64,000 bases of DNA from Octopus sinensis (GCF_006345805.1 NC_043005.1:13702001-13766000), one strand, 5' to 3'; shown: positions 25,096 to 37,764, counted from the first letter of the stretch. Numbers and translations: made by a program. Notes: generated by a model from the sequence alone, not told the origin.

Positions 25096-25514
25096 AGGAT
25101 CTTTTCGGATTGAACGGCAGTTTTTAACATAATTTCTAGGTAACTAAAAAATTAAAAACTTCGTATACTGGTAGAATGTGTTTATAAAACATCTTTTTCT
25201 CTTGGCTTTATTGAGAAAATTCTATAGTTTGTAAGATATTTGGTCTCTAATTTCTTGCATTTCGGCAATTTCAACCAATCAATGACCGTCTATTGAGGTG
25301 AAAACATTCTGTGCCGTATGAATATGTCCCTCGTTTAAGAAACAGATTGGGTTTATTTACATTTGTGAAGAAAAAAAGATACCCTTCCCCCCACCCCTAA
25401 CCCTAACCCTAAAATAGATTGAAATGCAATAGATCGATTCTAGGGTCATAATTATGGGTGACAATTTCATATGACGCCGCTAGAAAAAACTGCCGTTCAA
25501 ACCGAAAAGATCCC
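25096..25514. mobile_element. MITE with ~30-bp TIRs (GGGATCTTTTCGGTTTGAACGGCAG), PIF/Harbinger-ISL2EU-like, containing (CCCTAA)3
   Basis: Left aggatcttttcggattgaacggcagttttt; right aaaaaactgccgttcaaaccgaaaagatccc. Confidence 0.8.
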
Positions 25515-25816
25515 AAGTTTATTCCATTCAAGCCTGCTTTGACCAAACTTTATTGCTACTTTAAAACATCAGTGGAGTTTTTCGGAATCTGTCTCTACTG
25601 CCATCAGTATGCCATAATGAATGATTGAATTTTGTTTGTTACTGTCGCACATTTAAATTTTTTATTTTCTTAAAAATCTAGTTGCAGTTATTTTTTCAAA
25701 TTTGATCTACAGATTTAGTTTTGTATACTAATTATGAAACTGAAATTCATTTTTGCCATAAATTAATAAATGAGAAGTTAATAGCTTTTAAAGTTTACAA
25801 ATTTGGGGTAATCCAA

Positions 25817-26063
25817 GCCAAATCGAAAGCCACAGACACACTGAGACTTGTCAGTGAACCATTTCTTCCAGCCTGTGGTGTTTGAGATGATTGGAGGGGC
25901 TTGGCCGCTAACAACAAAGTTCTTGTCATTATTGGTGGCTCGCCTTACAGTGATGTCAGATGATGCTCGGCTGTTCCAATGCCTTAGCCTCACCATTGAG
26001 GCTGCGAGCGTGTTGGCTTGCTTCAGAAGGTTCCGTAAAACTTCCTGCTGTACGACCAGTTGA
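25817..26063 (+). mobile_element. CRE-clade-like non-LTR retrotransposon 3' fragment (C-terminus of restriction-like endonuclease domain)
   Basis: RK..*DLSVNHFFQPVVFEMIGGAWPLTTKFLSLLVARL..SDDARLFQCLSLTIEAASVLACF resembles the CRE pattern F.P.A.ET.G.W....F...L..RL....D.R...LFQRLS.....NAASVL. Confidence 0.6.
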
Positions 26064-27334
26064 GGCATTTAGTGTTGATGTGATGGTTTTCTTTCTTCTT
26101 CTTTACTTCTCTTTTCCCCCTTTTTTCTTTCTTTCTTTCTTCGCTCATGTTTGTGTTTTCTTTGGTTTTGCATTGTATTTTAATGTGATTTTGTATTATA
26201 TATATATATATATGGAAAAAAAGCCAAGATAGAAAATGTTAAAATAATTTTATAAAAAACATTTCAGTACCGGTTCCAGTCATTGAGACATTTTCAACTA
26301 TAAGTATGGAAAACAATTTAATTTTGGAAAAATTAAAAGAAAAAATTTTAAAAAGAATATTTGCATAGTATTCAAATTCAAGGGGTATTTTCCTTGTTTC
26401 TGCCTGTCTCTGTCTCTGTCTCTTTTGTTTACTCTTGTGGGTTCGAGGTCGATGTGAATTCTTGGCAGGGAAGAAGAAGAAGAAGAAGAAGAAGAAGAAG
26501 AAGAAGAAGAAGAAGAAGAAGAAAAGAAGAAGAAGAAGAAGAAGAACCACGGCACGTAATTTCCATTATGTTCTTTATATTGTATCAAAATTTCATGTAT
26601 TCATTTGAAGAGTTAAGGAATGTATTAAAAAGTGAAACACTTTCGGGACACCCTTAAGAAACTTATTTGTTCAGAATTGTTCTATCAGATCAAGACATAA
26701 GGTTTAGTTCTCTTACATTGTACTCTTACTGTTTAGTTTCTCTTTACTACAAGCCTCTCTCATTGTGACATCTTGATTGATAAAAATACGGATGAAAAAG
26801 TAACAATAAAACTACAAGTTTATATTATTCCTTTAAGCTTTCTTCGTTCAGAAAAAGTCTTTCTCTTCTCTTTATATTATTTTTTAATTTTTAACAGGCT
26901 AAATCTAGTTCACTCTCTTTCACTAAATCTTTTAGCTGATATAGTTACCTCTACTAAGACCAACAACCAGATTTAAATATAATCTTGTTCAATTTTCTAT
27001 GAATAGTAAATGTCTCCTACTTAGAGAATTATTTATTCCTTGGTCTCTGTAAACTAGAGAAGTACTTTGTCCCTAACACATACAAGACCTGAGCAAATAA
27101 TCAAGACATGTAATTGAATAAACCGAAACTCAATACAGTCTGAATGCTCTCTCTCTGATTTGGAAAATCACTTAAAAGCGCTCATATGGCGCCAAGATTT
27201 CTTTCGCTTCCTTCTGTGTCGCAGTTGAGAGAAACAAAGAGGGAGAATGTGGTGATAAAAAACAGAAAGTAAGAACCACACTCTTACCCGCGCGTAGAGC
27301 GGGTCAACTTAAGATGGTATATATATATATATTC

Positions 27335-27585
27335 TTTTATTCTTTTATTTGTTTCAGTCATTTGACTGCGGCGATGCTGGAGCACCGCTTTTAGTCGAGC
27401 GAATCGACCCCAGAACTTATTTTTCGTAAGCCTAGTACTCATTCTATCGTTCCCTCTTGCCGAACCACTAGGTGACGGGGATGTAAACACACCAGCATCG
27501 GTTGTCAAGTGATGTTGGTGGGAGAAACACAGACACACAAACGTATACATACAGACATATATATGAAAGAAACCCGTCGTATATA
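27335..27585 (-). mobile_element. SINE family A, 3' half
   Basis: Family consensus match. Confidence 0.85.
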
Positions 27586-27642
27586 TATATATACACACAC
27601 GCACACACACACACACGCACACACACTCACACACACATACAC

Positions 27643-27715
<73 letters not shown>

Positions 27716-27718
<3 letters not shown>

Positions 27719-27907
27719 CTGTAAATGCAATATGTGACAATTATAACCGAAGAGATGGCGGCGTGGATTTCTACCCCGGCATCCGAAACTCGGAATTTTA
27801 TCATGGCTACCAAATAATTGTCACATATTACATTCACAGATAAATTCCTCTATTTAAATAATATCGAGTCTCTTTCATTCTTTTGTTGTCTTACCATTTT
27901 TGTCAAT
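27716..27907 (+). mobile_element. Hammerhead-bearing foldback element, unit 1
   Basis: 29-bp inverted arms (27716-27744 / 27814-27842) plus a 65-nt tail. Flanked by (TA)n on both sides. Confidence 0.8.
27742..27802 (+). ncRNA. Type-I hammerhead-like motif, CCGAAGA core
   Basis: TATAA-CCGAAGA-GATG...CATC-C-GAA-ACTCGGAAT-T-TTATC. Confidence 0.55.
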
Positions 27908-27932
27908 ATATATATATATATATATATATATA

Positions 27933-27970
<38 letters not shown>

Positions 27971-27975
<5 letters not shown>

Positions 27976-28203
27976 GTAAATTAATATGTTACCATTATTC
28001 AATAGTCAAGATTAAACTCTGAGTTTCAGATGCCGAAGTGGAAATCCACAACACCATCTCTTCGGTTATCTGGCCATCTGAAAAACTCAGAGTTTTATCT
28101 TGACTATTGAATAATGGTAACATTAATTTACAGATAAATTCCTCTATTTACATAATATTGAGGTCTCTTTCTTTCTTTTGTTATCTTACCGTTTTTACCA
28201 ATA
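27971..28203. mobile_element. Hammerhead-bearing foldback element, unit 2
   Basis: ~62-bp inverted arms (27971-28032 / 28075-28136) plus the same tail as unit 1. Flanked by (TA)n. Confidence 0.85.
28010..28070 (-). ncRNA. Type-I hammerhead-like motif, CCGAAGA core, palindromic stem III
   Basis: GATAA-CCGAAGA-GATG(gtgtt GTGG attt CCAC ttcgg)CATC-T-GAA-ACTCAGAGT-T-TAATC. The sister arm shows TTATC, giving a perfect stem I. Confidence 0.65.
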
Positions 28204-28206
28204 TAT

Positions 28207-28257
<51 letters not shown>

Positions 28258-28274
28258 TATATATATATAAATAT

Positions 28275-30639
28275 ACCACGACATGGTACTCTGCAATCTT
28301 AATTCCCGACATATAAAAACCAAACCAGCCAATCCCACTCCATGGCACCCATTTGACAACATAAACTTCCACAAAGCGGACTGGGGAACAATCAGAAAGG
28401 ATCTGTCTTCCATCGACTGGTCTTTTACTCTCAATTCCCCTCATATTGAGACCACGTGGCAGCACTTTGAAACCATTGTCACCTATACATGCTCTAAACA
28501 CGCTCCCAAGAAATCTACTAACACAAACAGAAACCGGCTCCCTAAAAAGAAAAAAACACTCATCAGGCGCATCAAAAGACTCAACAAAAAAATCAACCAA
28601 TTGAAATATTCCCACACACAACATCCACATTCAACAACAATGAAAAGACTAGAGCTGGAAAAACTTCATCTGTAGACTAACATGAAAACCTCCATTGAAA
28701 ATCAAAGAGCTGTGGAGGAACAATGGGTTATCAAAAACATCAAACAGAACCCAAAAGTGTTCTATTCTTATGCAAATAAGCATAGAACCACTGTCTCACC
28801 CATTGGGCCATTGATTGATGATAACGGCTTTCCCCAACACGATGCGAAAGAAATGGCAGAAATACTGCAGAAACAATACTGCTCTGTCTTCAGTGTTCCC
28901 ACTGATATTGACGTGAAAGAAACGAACGAAGTTGATTCCCAACACAAAATCGCAGACATAACCTTCACTGCCACCGACATCGTAGCAGCAATAAATGAGG
29001 TCAAATATTACACTGCTGTAGGCCCTGATAGATTTCCCGCTAGTCTCCTGAAGGAATGTAGATATCAACTTGCAGTCCCTCTGACCAACCTCTGGAGAAA
29101 CTCGTTAGACGCAGGTTATATACCGAAACAGTTTCTATCCCAGTCGGTCATCCCGGTTTTCAAACAGGGAAACAGATCCCTCGCAGTCAACTATCGCCCA
29201 ATCTCACTCACCTCCCACATCATTAAAGTGTTTGAAAGAGTGTTAAGATCAAGGATAGCTGACTTCCTGGAGACCCACAAACTCCTAAATTCAAATCAGC
29301 ATGGCTTTCGCTGTGGCAGGGACTGTCTAACACAGCTCTTACACCACATTGAAGATGTACTCAAAGCCTTGGGAACAGGTTCGAACTCTGACGTCATATA
29401 TCTTGACTTCAGTAAAGCGTTCGACAGGGTAGACCATAATATCCTACTCTCGAAATTGGCAAATGTTGGAAACCGTGGAAAAGTTCTACACTGGATTAAG
29501 TATTTCCTGGCGAATAGAACGCAACATGTTGTAGATGATGAAGTCCACTCAAACCCAGCAAAAGTCACCAGCGGTGTTCCCCAGGGAACTGTTTTGGGTC
29601 CGCTACTCTTCATAATTTACGTAAACGACCTTTCCAGTGTCGTACATCACTGCAAAGTGAAAATATTCGCTGATGACACTAAGCTCCAGCAAATCGTCAA
29701 TGAAGAAGCAGACCGAACTCAACTCCAGTCTGATCTATATGCTGTGAGTCAATGGGCAGACAGAAACAAAATGCAACTGAATGAGGGAAAATTTGAGCTG
29801 ATGCATTTTGGAAGAAATTCCTCACTAAAACAACCATACTCTCTTCCTTCAGGGGAACCGCTCACAGCCTCTAACAATATCAGAGACCTGGGTGTAATTG
29901 TTGATGACGATCTCAGTTGGAGTGCACACATCAACAAGAAGGTTGATATAGCTCGTAGGATGAGTTCCTGGATCTTAAGAACTTTCCGGTCCAGAGAACA
30001 AGGTGTCATCATACCACTTTTTTCCTCCTTTGTACGGCCACACCTTGAATACTGCTGCCCACTTTGGTCTCCTGACACAAGACAAAACATCTCCAGAATT
30101 GAGTCACCCCAGAGGGCTCTCACTAAACAAATTGAAGGCATGGCTGCTTTCGATTATTGGGACCGCCTTAAAACCTTGAAACTTTACTCCCTCCAGCGTC
30201 GCCGTGAGCGGTACATCATTTGTACGATGTGGAAAATATACCGCCAACTTTGCCCAAACGACCTAAACATTAGCTTCAAGGTCCATCCAAGACTTGGACC
30301 ACGGGCTATACGTCCCCTGCCAAATTCAAGATCACAACATACATGTACACTGCAACATAATTTCTTTTCCTCAACAGGCCCTGCCCTATTTAACATTGTC
30401 CCGAGGGAGATCAAAGAGGAAAAGGATCCCATCAACTTTAAACAGAGTCTCGATAGATTCCTTCAAAGAACACCAGATAAGCCACCCATAATTGGATACA
30501 ACTCACCCAACAAGAACTCACTACTTGAACAAAACTTGACTTAAACAGGATTCGAATAATCCTATCAGGTGGTGTTATTAAGTTAGACATGGCCTGGACC
30601 AATCTCTGGTCGAAACATATCTAAGTTTATCTAAGTCTA

Positions 30640-30643
<4 letters not shown>
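28275..30643 (+). mobile_element. CR1-group LINE, 5'-truncated at the end of the endonuclease domain; 3' UTR with stem-loop and (TCTAAGT) tail
   Basis: ORF2 described below. 3' GACCA-ATCTC-TGGTC hairpin. Both ends abut (TA)n. Confidence 0.95.
28283..30544 (+). CDS. LINE ORF2 reverse transcriptase (linker + RT + C-terminus); single in-frame TAG at 28673-28675
   Basis: NYRPISLTS, QHGFR, YLDFSKAFD, GVPQGTVLGPLLF, FADD, LEYCCPLWSP, YSLQRRRER. 28283-28675 and 28682-30544 are in the same frame. Confidence 0.95.
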
Positions 30644-30719
<76 letters not shown>

Positions 30720-31041
30720 CATATATACATACGTACATACATACATACATACATACATACATACATACATACATACATGCATAAGCGCATGCAAGAACAT
30801 GCACGAATAAATACACTAAATTCAGTTGATATATGTGTGAAAGGGACAGCAGGGGCAAGTGAGAAGGGATAGAACAGAGAACAATGAATAACTGAAGTGG
30901 AAGAGGGCCGTAGGTGAGGAGAGGACAAATGCAGCTATAAATTGGAAGTCGAATGTGGGAGAAATACTGACAGGCCAATTATATGTACATTCATCCATAT
31001 ACACATACATACATACATACATACATACATACATACATACA

Positions 31042-31072
<31 letters not shown>

Positions 31073-31123
31073 GTATATATTTACAAATATACATGCAGAT
31101 ATATAAATATATACATATTATAC

Positions 31124-31285
31124 AGGCGCAAGAGTGATTGTGTGGTTGGTAGCTTGCTTACCAACCACATGGTTCCGGGTTCAGTCCCACTGCGTGGCAG
31201 CATGGGCAAGTGCCTTCTACTATATCCTCGGGCCGACCAAATCTTTGTGAGTGGATTTGTTAGACGGAAACTGAAAGAAGCCCGT

Positions 31286-31328
<43 letters not shown>

Positions 31329-31456
31329 GGTTCAGTCCCACTGCGTGACACCTTGGGCAAGTGTCTTCTACTATAGCCTCGAGCGGACCAAAGCCTTGCG
31401 AGTGGATTTGGTAGACGGAAACTGAAAGAATCCCGTCATATACATATATATAATAT

Positions 31457-31490
<34 letters not shown>

Positions 31491-31735
31491 ATATATGTGC
31501 GTGTGTGTGTGTGTGTATGTGTTTGTGCGTCTGTGTTTGTCCCCCCAACATCGCTTGACAACCGATGTCGGTGTGTTTACGTCCCGTAACTAGCCGTTCG
31601 GCATAAGAATAAATACTAGCAATAGAATAAGTACTAGGCTTACAAAAAATAAGTCCTGGTTCGATTTGCTCGACCAAAGGCGGTGCTCCAGCTTGACCAC
31701 GATCAATGACTGAAGGAATTTAAAGAGTAAAAGGG
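31124..31735 (+). mobile_element. SINE family A with duplicated 5' half (restart at the B box ~31327)
   Basis: Head to central domain, then (TA)n, then B box to tail. Confidence 0.85.
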
Positions 31736-31748
31736 TAATATATATACA

Positions 31749-31858
<110 letters not shown>

Positions 31859-32402
31859 CACAAACACGCACATTTACACATACATACATACATACATACA
31901 TACATACATACATACATACATACATACACATACATACATACATACATACAATAATTTCGGCAGTAAGCCCTGATGAGGAATAAATGAACTTTAAGTTAGG
32001 TAAGATAACTTTCAGTTAACTTTTATTGCCGTAAATATACCAAATACAACTTCTAAATTCAAATCCGCCGCAGTAACAGTCGAGAAAAATATTTTCGGTT
32101 ATGGTAAAAGGTGTAAAAACACCATGCTAGGAAATAACTATTTTGTTACCAGTATTTTGATGGGTGTTCTAAGCAAAGAGACTCTAACTATGAAATAAGA
32201 TTTTTTTGTTATCAAGATTAGTTTCTTCTAGACGCTTTGCTTATTTTCTTTTTCTTCATTTAGTGTAATCTAGCGATGAAAATTGTTGTATTAACTGTTA
32301 AGTATAATTAGAATAATTTATTCCTTTGGTGAGAAAATCCTGATAATACTAATTATATGGGCATAATGACTCTCCCTAGACAGGATATAATTAAATATTT
32401 TA

Positions 32403-32966
32403 TTGGGTTGCCCGGAAGTTCGTGCCGATTTTTAAGGAAAGAAAAAGGTCAATAAATAATTGCCATTACATTTTAAATCAACCAAATATGAACCATTTTG
32501 TTGCACAATACGTCTCCATCTTTCCTTTACCTTGAAAATACTCTCTTCACAGAATTGAGGTTGTTTCATGGCAAAGAATTCATGAAGGTATCGTTTTATG
32601 TAACCCAAGGAATTGAAATTTTTACCATTAAGACTATTCTGCAGAGACCTGAATAAGAGGAAATCCGAAGGAGCAATATCTAGTGGATATGGAGGGTGGG
32701 GTAACACATCCCAGCCGAGCTGCAGCAATTTTTGTCTGGTTCCCAAAGCATCAAGTGCCGAAAATGAACTTTCTTATCTTCCATTTTAAAGGGTTACAGA
32801 ATGAACACAGGTTATAGGAACATAAACCTTCTTCCACGAAAAGATAGCTTAAACTGTGCTGTAAATGGAGGTGTAGTCAAATCCTCTTTTATGAACTCAA
32901 TCATGTTCTAAAATAAGTCGAAATGTTAGCTACTATAAATCGGCACGAACTTTCCGGACAACCCAA
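32403..32966 (-). mobile_element. Internally deleted mariner element with TIRs and TA TSD
   Basis: TA|TTGGGTTGCCCGGAAGTTCGTGCCGATTT ... AAATCGGCACGAACTTTCCGGACAACCCAA|TA. Minus ORF LGWDVLPHPPYPLDIAPSDFLLFRSLQN (cf. HPPYSPDLAPSD). Confidence 0.92.
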
Positions 32967-33297
32967 TATCATTAATCTGTGTTGCAGAAGTGTTCTTTGG
33001 TCAGAAAGTTCTGATAATACTGTTAGTAGTTCTGTCAGCAGACTGAGCATTACTAGTTAAACACTTCAAACATAAGCTCAGTGTCTGTGCTTAGAGTATC
33101 TCCATGGCCGACTATTTGTGAATGACATTTTACTAACAGTTACTGTGTAAGTTCACATTGTTGATTTTTTTCATGTAGATGCTTTGTCCTGAACAGGAAC
33201 AGAAACGTCACTTTATGCCGATAGTACAACAATGCAAGTTAGGTATTCAGGACAAGAATTGAGCCCTTCACATATTTTCGATTAGCATACATAAATT

Positions 33298-33684
33298 GGG
33301 GAAGCACTCCGTCGGTTACGACGACGAGGGTTCCGGTTGATCCGAATCAACGGAACAGCCTGCTCGTGAAATTAACGTGTAAGTGGCTGAGCACTCCACG
33401 GACACGTGTACCCTTAACGTAGTTCTCGGGGATATTCAGCGTGACACAGAGAGTGACAAGGCCGGCCCTTTGAAATACAGGTACAATAGAAACAGGAAGT
33501 AAGAGTGAGAGAAAGTTGTGGTGAAAGAGTACAGCCGGGATCACCACCATCCCCTGCCGGAGCCTCGTGGAGCTTTAGGTGTTTTCGCTCAATAAACACT
33601 CACAATGCCCGGTCTGGGAATCGAAACCGCGATCCTATGACCGCAAGTCCGCTTCCCTAACCACTGGGCCATTGCGCCTCCACT
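33298..33684 (-). mobile_element. SINE family C (tRNA-Arg-like head), full length, 12-bp TSD CATACATAAATT
   Basis: TSD at 33286-33297 and 33685-33696. A box TGGCCCAGTGG; B box GGTTTCGATTCCC. Confidence 0.95.
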
Positions 33685-36559
33685 CATACATAAATTAAAC
33701 ACTCTAAGTCAGTTAATGCGACCGGTTTCCCACAGTGCTTCGAAAAATTCATTTGTGGACTCTGAGAAAATCTTCCCATCTCCCAGTTCATCGGTCATAA
33801 AACTTCCGCTTATGAAAGACTTCGTTAAAGCGAGTCATAAAATAAAACTCGATTCAGATGCTTCAGAAATAACTTTCTCAGGATCAGCGACGTCAATAGT
33901 AAAGAAGACAAAGGTTCTCTTTCTAAATCAGAGAAATGTTAAGAAGTGAGAAATTTAAAGGAGACTTAAATGGAGTTTATCTAGACGAGGTGTCGGGACC
34001 AAAAATTATTCTGAAATAATTGATGACTATCTTAAGTCTTACCGTGCAATAAGGTGCATTATGTAATTAAAAATTCATTTCTAGGACTCTCATTTTCTTC
34101 CAGAAAATATAAATTCGCCTAATGATGAACAATTTATCAATGTTTCCGTCATAGAAAAGCGTTGCAAAAGCAATTGGAACCTCAATGTGGCTAGTTCTAA
34201 CAACTTTTGAACTCTTAAAAGTTACACACCCGTGGCAAAGTTGAGCAGAAGATCAAACCTTGCTATGTTTTAACCGCTGGAATGTTTTCGATTCCCTTTT
34301 CAATAAATGCATAAAATTGTAGACCATTAAAATTTAATTTGCATGCCACACAAGATGTTGAGATAATAAAGAATTGTTACAAAATTATTTAGATTAAGCA
34401 CAAAAAAATAAACAGAAATACTGAACGAATCAAATATTTTCATCCTTAGGACACAAATTAACAGATGGATTCAAAAAACATCTGCTCCGGGTGACCCTTT
34501 TATGGGGAGCAGCATTTTTGGGCTTGCTGGGTGAGGAAATTCAAGAGATGCTTCGAGCTGTACACACTCTAGCCACGCCACTGGAGTTCACATCTTGTTA
34601 GCTTTGAGGAGCTGAATTTGTTGAAGTTGCTGCAGGAGTGGCCCAGGACGGATGAAGTATATCATTGTGTTAGTGGTTGTAAGTTGTTAATTTCTTGTAA
34701 ATGGAGATCTAGAACGCGTGTATTATTGCTGCACTTACCTGAATGCGAGCCGTAACGTAGAGTGGGATACAGTTGTGCTTTTTAGAGGATCAGAATCTAG
34801 AGGTGAAATAGCTTCTTTCTCTGATGAGAATACTTAAGTGTTATAAATATATGATCATCATTATAAATCACGGGGAAATGTGACCTGAAATTTGTAAAGT
34901 TTGGAAAATTTTTACTTGTAAAACATTTAAAAGTTATGTAACAATGAAATGTTAACCTGAATACTGGAAAATTAGTGTAACATAACTCAACTCTCTGCAC
35001 CTCTGTCGGTCGTCCTACAAATGCTCAGTCATAGTGGATATAGGACTAATTAATCTTAATTTACTGTCAAGTTTTATCTTACATCATGCAGTTTGTTTGT
35101 ATCTATTAATTTCGTTGTTTCAATGCTTCCAAACATTTATGTACACTCCACCCAATGTCAAAAATTAATGTTCTTTCCTTTCTTTTCGGTTTCTTTTTTA
35201 TTATCTTTTTTATTGTTTTGTATCTGTAAACTCTTTTTGTACATGTATTCAGACAAGTTATGAGAATTGAGATGTTCACTAACTTGGTTCAAATTATTGC
35301 GACAGAATGAATTACTTCAAAGTTTCCTGGGACTAGTGGCAATTAAGGTTTTATGAGAATTTACTTCTTGGAATAAAGGTTATATTAAGTGTTCCTTGAA
35401 CTAAAAAAAATCATTCAGTTTCATTTTATCATTTTTTTAAAATGATCACAAGCAGGGCCCCTCACAGTTGGCAAAAGCCTCATGTTATCAGTATTGCATT
35501 TCCTAACATAGTCCTATTTGACTAGGCACCAAGTCTCCATATTTTTATGAAAATTAAACTTTCGTCGATGGTGGCATATGGAATGTAAATTTACTTAAGA
35601 TATAACCCGAAGGAAAACAAGACATCACCTCCGACCTAACCGGATCATAACTCTAATCCTACAACACTGAATCAAGACTTTTCTAACATTTAATGTCCTA
35701 CTATTTTATTTATGTAAGTGCTGTTATGGCCAAAACAAATGTGTCATAGAGAGAAATATATGTATATAATTAAACTGAAGTTGTCGTAGGGCGTACTGAA
35801 CTATTCAGTTTGATTAATTATTTTTCTTAGAAGATTCCGTTTGTCGTTTTTATATCGAGAGTTTCAATGTGTATTGACTCCTTTGTTTGAACTTTGTCTT
35901 TAATGCTATTCATTTTCTTTTTGAGTTAAATGCAGCTGCCTTATATTTAATTCCTTTATTTCATACATTAATTTCAATATTTAATTTACCTTTATAGCTA
36001 CTTGTCTGTTCATGTGACAAATTATGAGGAAAGTTTGTTTTTATGGGTCACTATTTCCTTATAATGCTCTTTTATACGATATTAATTGTAATAATATGAA
36101 TAATGGTTTCTCTGGCAGACATCTTGAACTTATTTCATGTCTGTTATTTAAAACTAAGCAATGGATTTTTTTCGTGCTCTGACTTGATATATTCACAACT
36201 TTTGAGAAAGATTTTTAACTGCTTAACGGTTTATTTAATTGCACATGTAGTATGTCCTATATAAATATTCAGAACGTTCTCAAATTCTCATAGAGTGTTA
36301 GGGGATATATTTAATTTATTACCAGACATATATCAACATCTGAGCTACAATGTTTGTCAACTGGAATCTATGTTGTTGAAAACCTTGTTTTAAAACCGTG
36401 TTTAACCATTGGAAACAATTGGACTCAGTGGAGATTCCTGAAGTAATCGAGCCCCGTTAAACAGGATCACATTGAACATATATCCTGGTATATATCTGTA
36501 ATAACCAGCTTCCTTATATATTCATGTATGTTGATTATAATTCTTTCTATCTACTGTAG

Positions 36560-36760
36560 GCACAAGCCTTAAAATTTCGGGGGGTGTATCTAGTCGATTA
36601 CATTTGCCCCGGTGTTCGAGTGGTATTTATTTTATTGAATCCCGAAAGTATGTATGGCAAAGTCGACCTCGGTAGAATGTTTGCTCAAAACGTATAGCCG
36701 GAAGAAATACTGCTAAGCAATTTGTCCGGCGAGCAAACGATTCTCTTAGCTCGCTGCTTG
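36560..36760 (-). mobile_element. SINE family B, old diverged copy
   Basis: aagtcgacctcgg...gcaaacgattct..agctcgc remnant. Confidence 0.65.
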
Positions 36761-36908
36761 GCATGCGGAGCATAATAAAAATATTTGACGCTCATTGTTC
36801 TTCCATAATAAAATATTAATTGAAAAAGTAATAAAAAAATACAAAGAAAATATTCGTTTTTATAAATTTGTGAATCATAAAGTTTTTTTTACTCTCCGTA
36901 CAAATAGT

Positions 36909-37301
36909 TTTTTCTTTTGGAAGCACTCCGTCGGTTACGACGATGAGGGTTCCGGTTGATCCGATCAACGGAACAGCCTGCTTGTGAAATTAACGTATAA
37001 GTGGATGAGCACTCCACAGACACGTGTACCCTTAACGTAGTTCTCGAGGATATTCAGCGTGACACAGAGAGTGACAAGGCCGGCCCTTTGAAATACAGGT
37101 ACAACTGAAACAGGAAGTAAGAGTGAGAGAAAGTTGTGGTGAAAGAGTACAGCAGGGACCAACACCATCCCTGCCGGAGCCTCGTGAAGCTCTAAGTGTT
37201 TTCGCTCAATAAACACTCACAACGCCCGGTCTGGGAATCGAAACCGCGGTCCTACGACCGCGAGTCCGCTGCCCTAACCACTGGGCCATTGCGCCTCCAC
37301 T
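36909..37301 (-). mobile_element. SINE family C, full length, 11-bp TSD GTACAAATAGT
   Basis: TSD at 36898-36908 and 37302-37312. Confidence 0.95.
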
Positions 37302-37574
37302 GTACAAATAGTAAACCTTATATAAACAAAAACCTACTGTAATTGCATATATTATTATAAACTTAATTTGTTTATTAGGCTCTTCTAATAACATACACTT
37401 ATCATAGATACACATAATAATATATTGTATTACTATCAAGTGAGAATTGTGGGTAAATCAGGTCATGATCCAAATATTTTAAATATATTCCACAGATACT
37501 GCGTATGTGTAAGTGTGTGATCGTGTTCAGGTGTGCTTATGTATATTTGTGTACATGCATGTGCTTGAGTGTGT

Positions 37575-37655
<81 letters not shown>

Positions 37656-37708
37656 CACATTTATATCAAGATAGATAGAGAGAGAGAGAGAGAGATTTTT
37701 TAAATGTA

Positions 37709-37764
<56 letters not shown>

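Noticed and set aside
25395-25412. Telomere or chromosome-fusion remnant
   Set aside because: Only three units, inside a MITE, and no head-to-head array.
25778-26068. 96-aa minus-strand ORF MPQLVVQQEVL... as a host gene or RT fragment
   Set aside because: It is antisense to the CRE-like frame, which has the recognisable motif; the AFDLAW similarity in another frame has no supporting RT motifs.
30590-30616. GACCA-loop-TGGTC-GAAAC at the LINE 3' end as a hammerhead
   Set aside because: Lacks the CUGANGA box; better explained as the LINE 3' recognition stem-loop.
31968-32000. Other CTGANGA hits as hammerheads (31970, 11108, 10405, 8996, 4966, 5010, 7567, 47636)
   Set aside because: No correctly placed GAAA box or no pairable stems II/III/I; at most decayed remnants.
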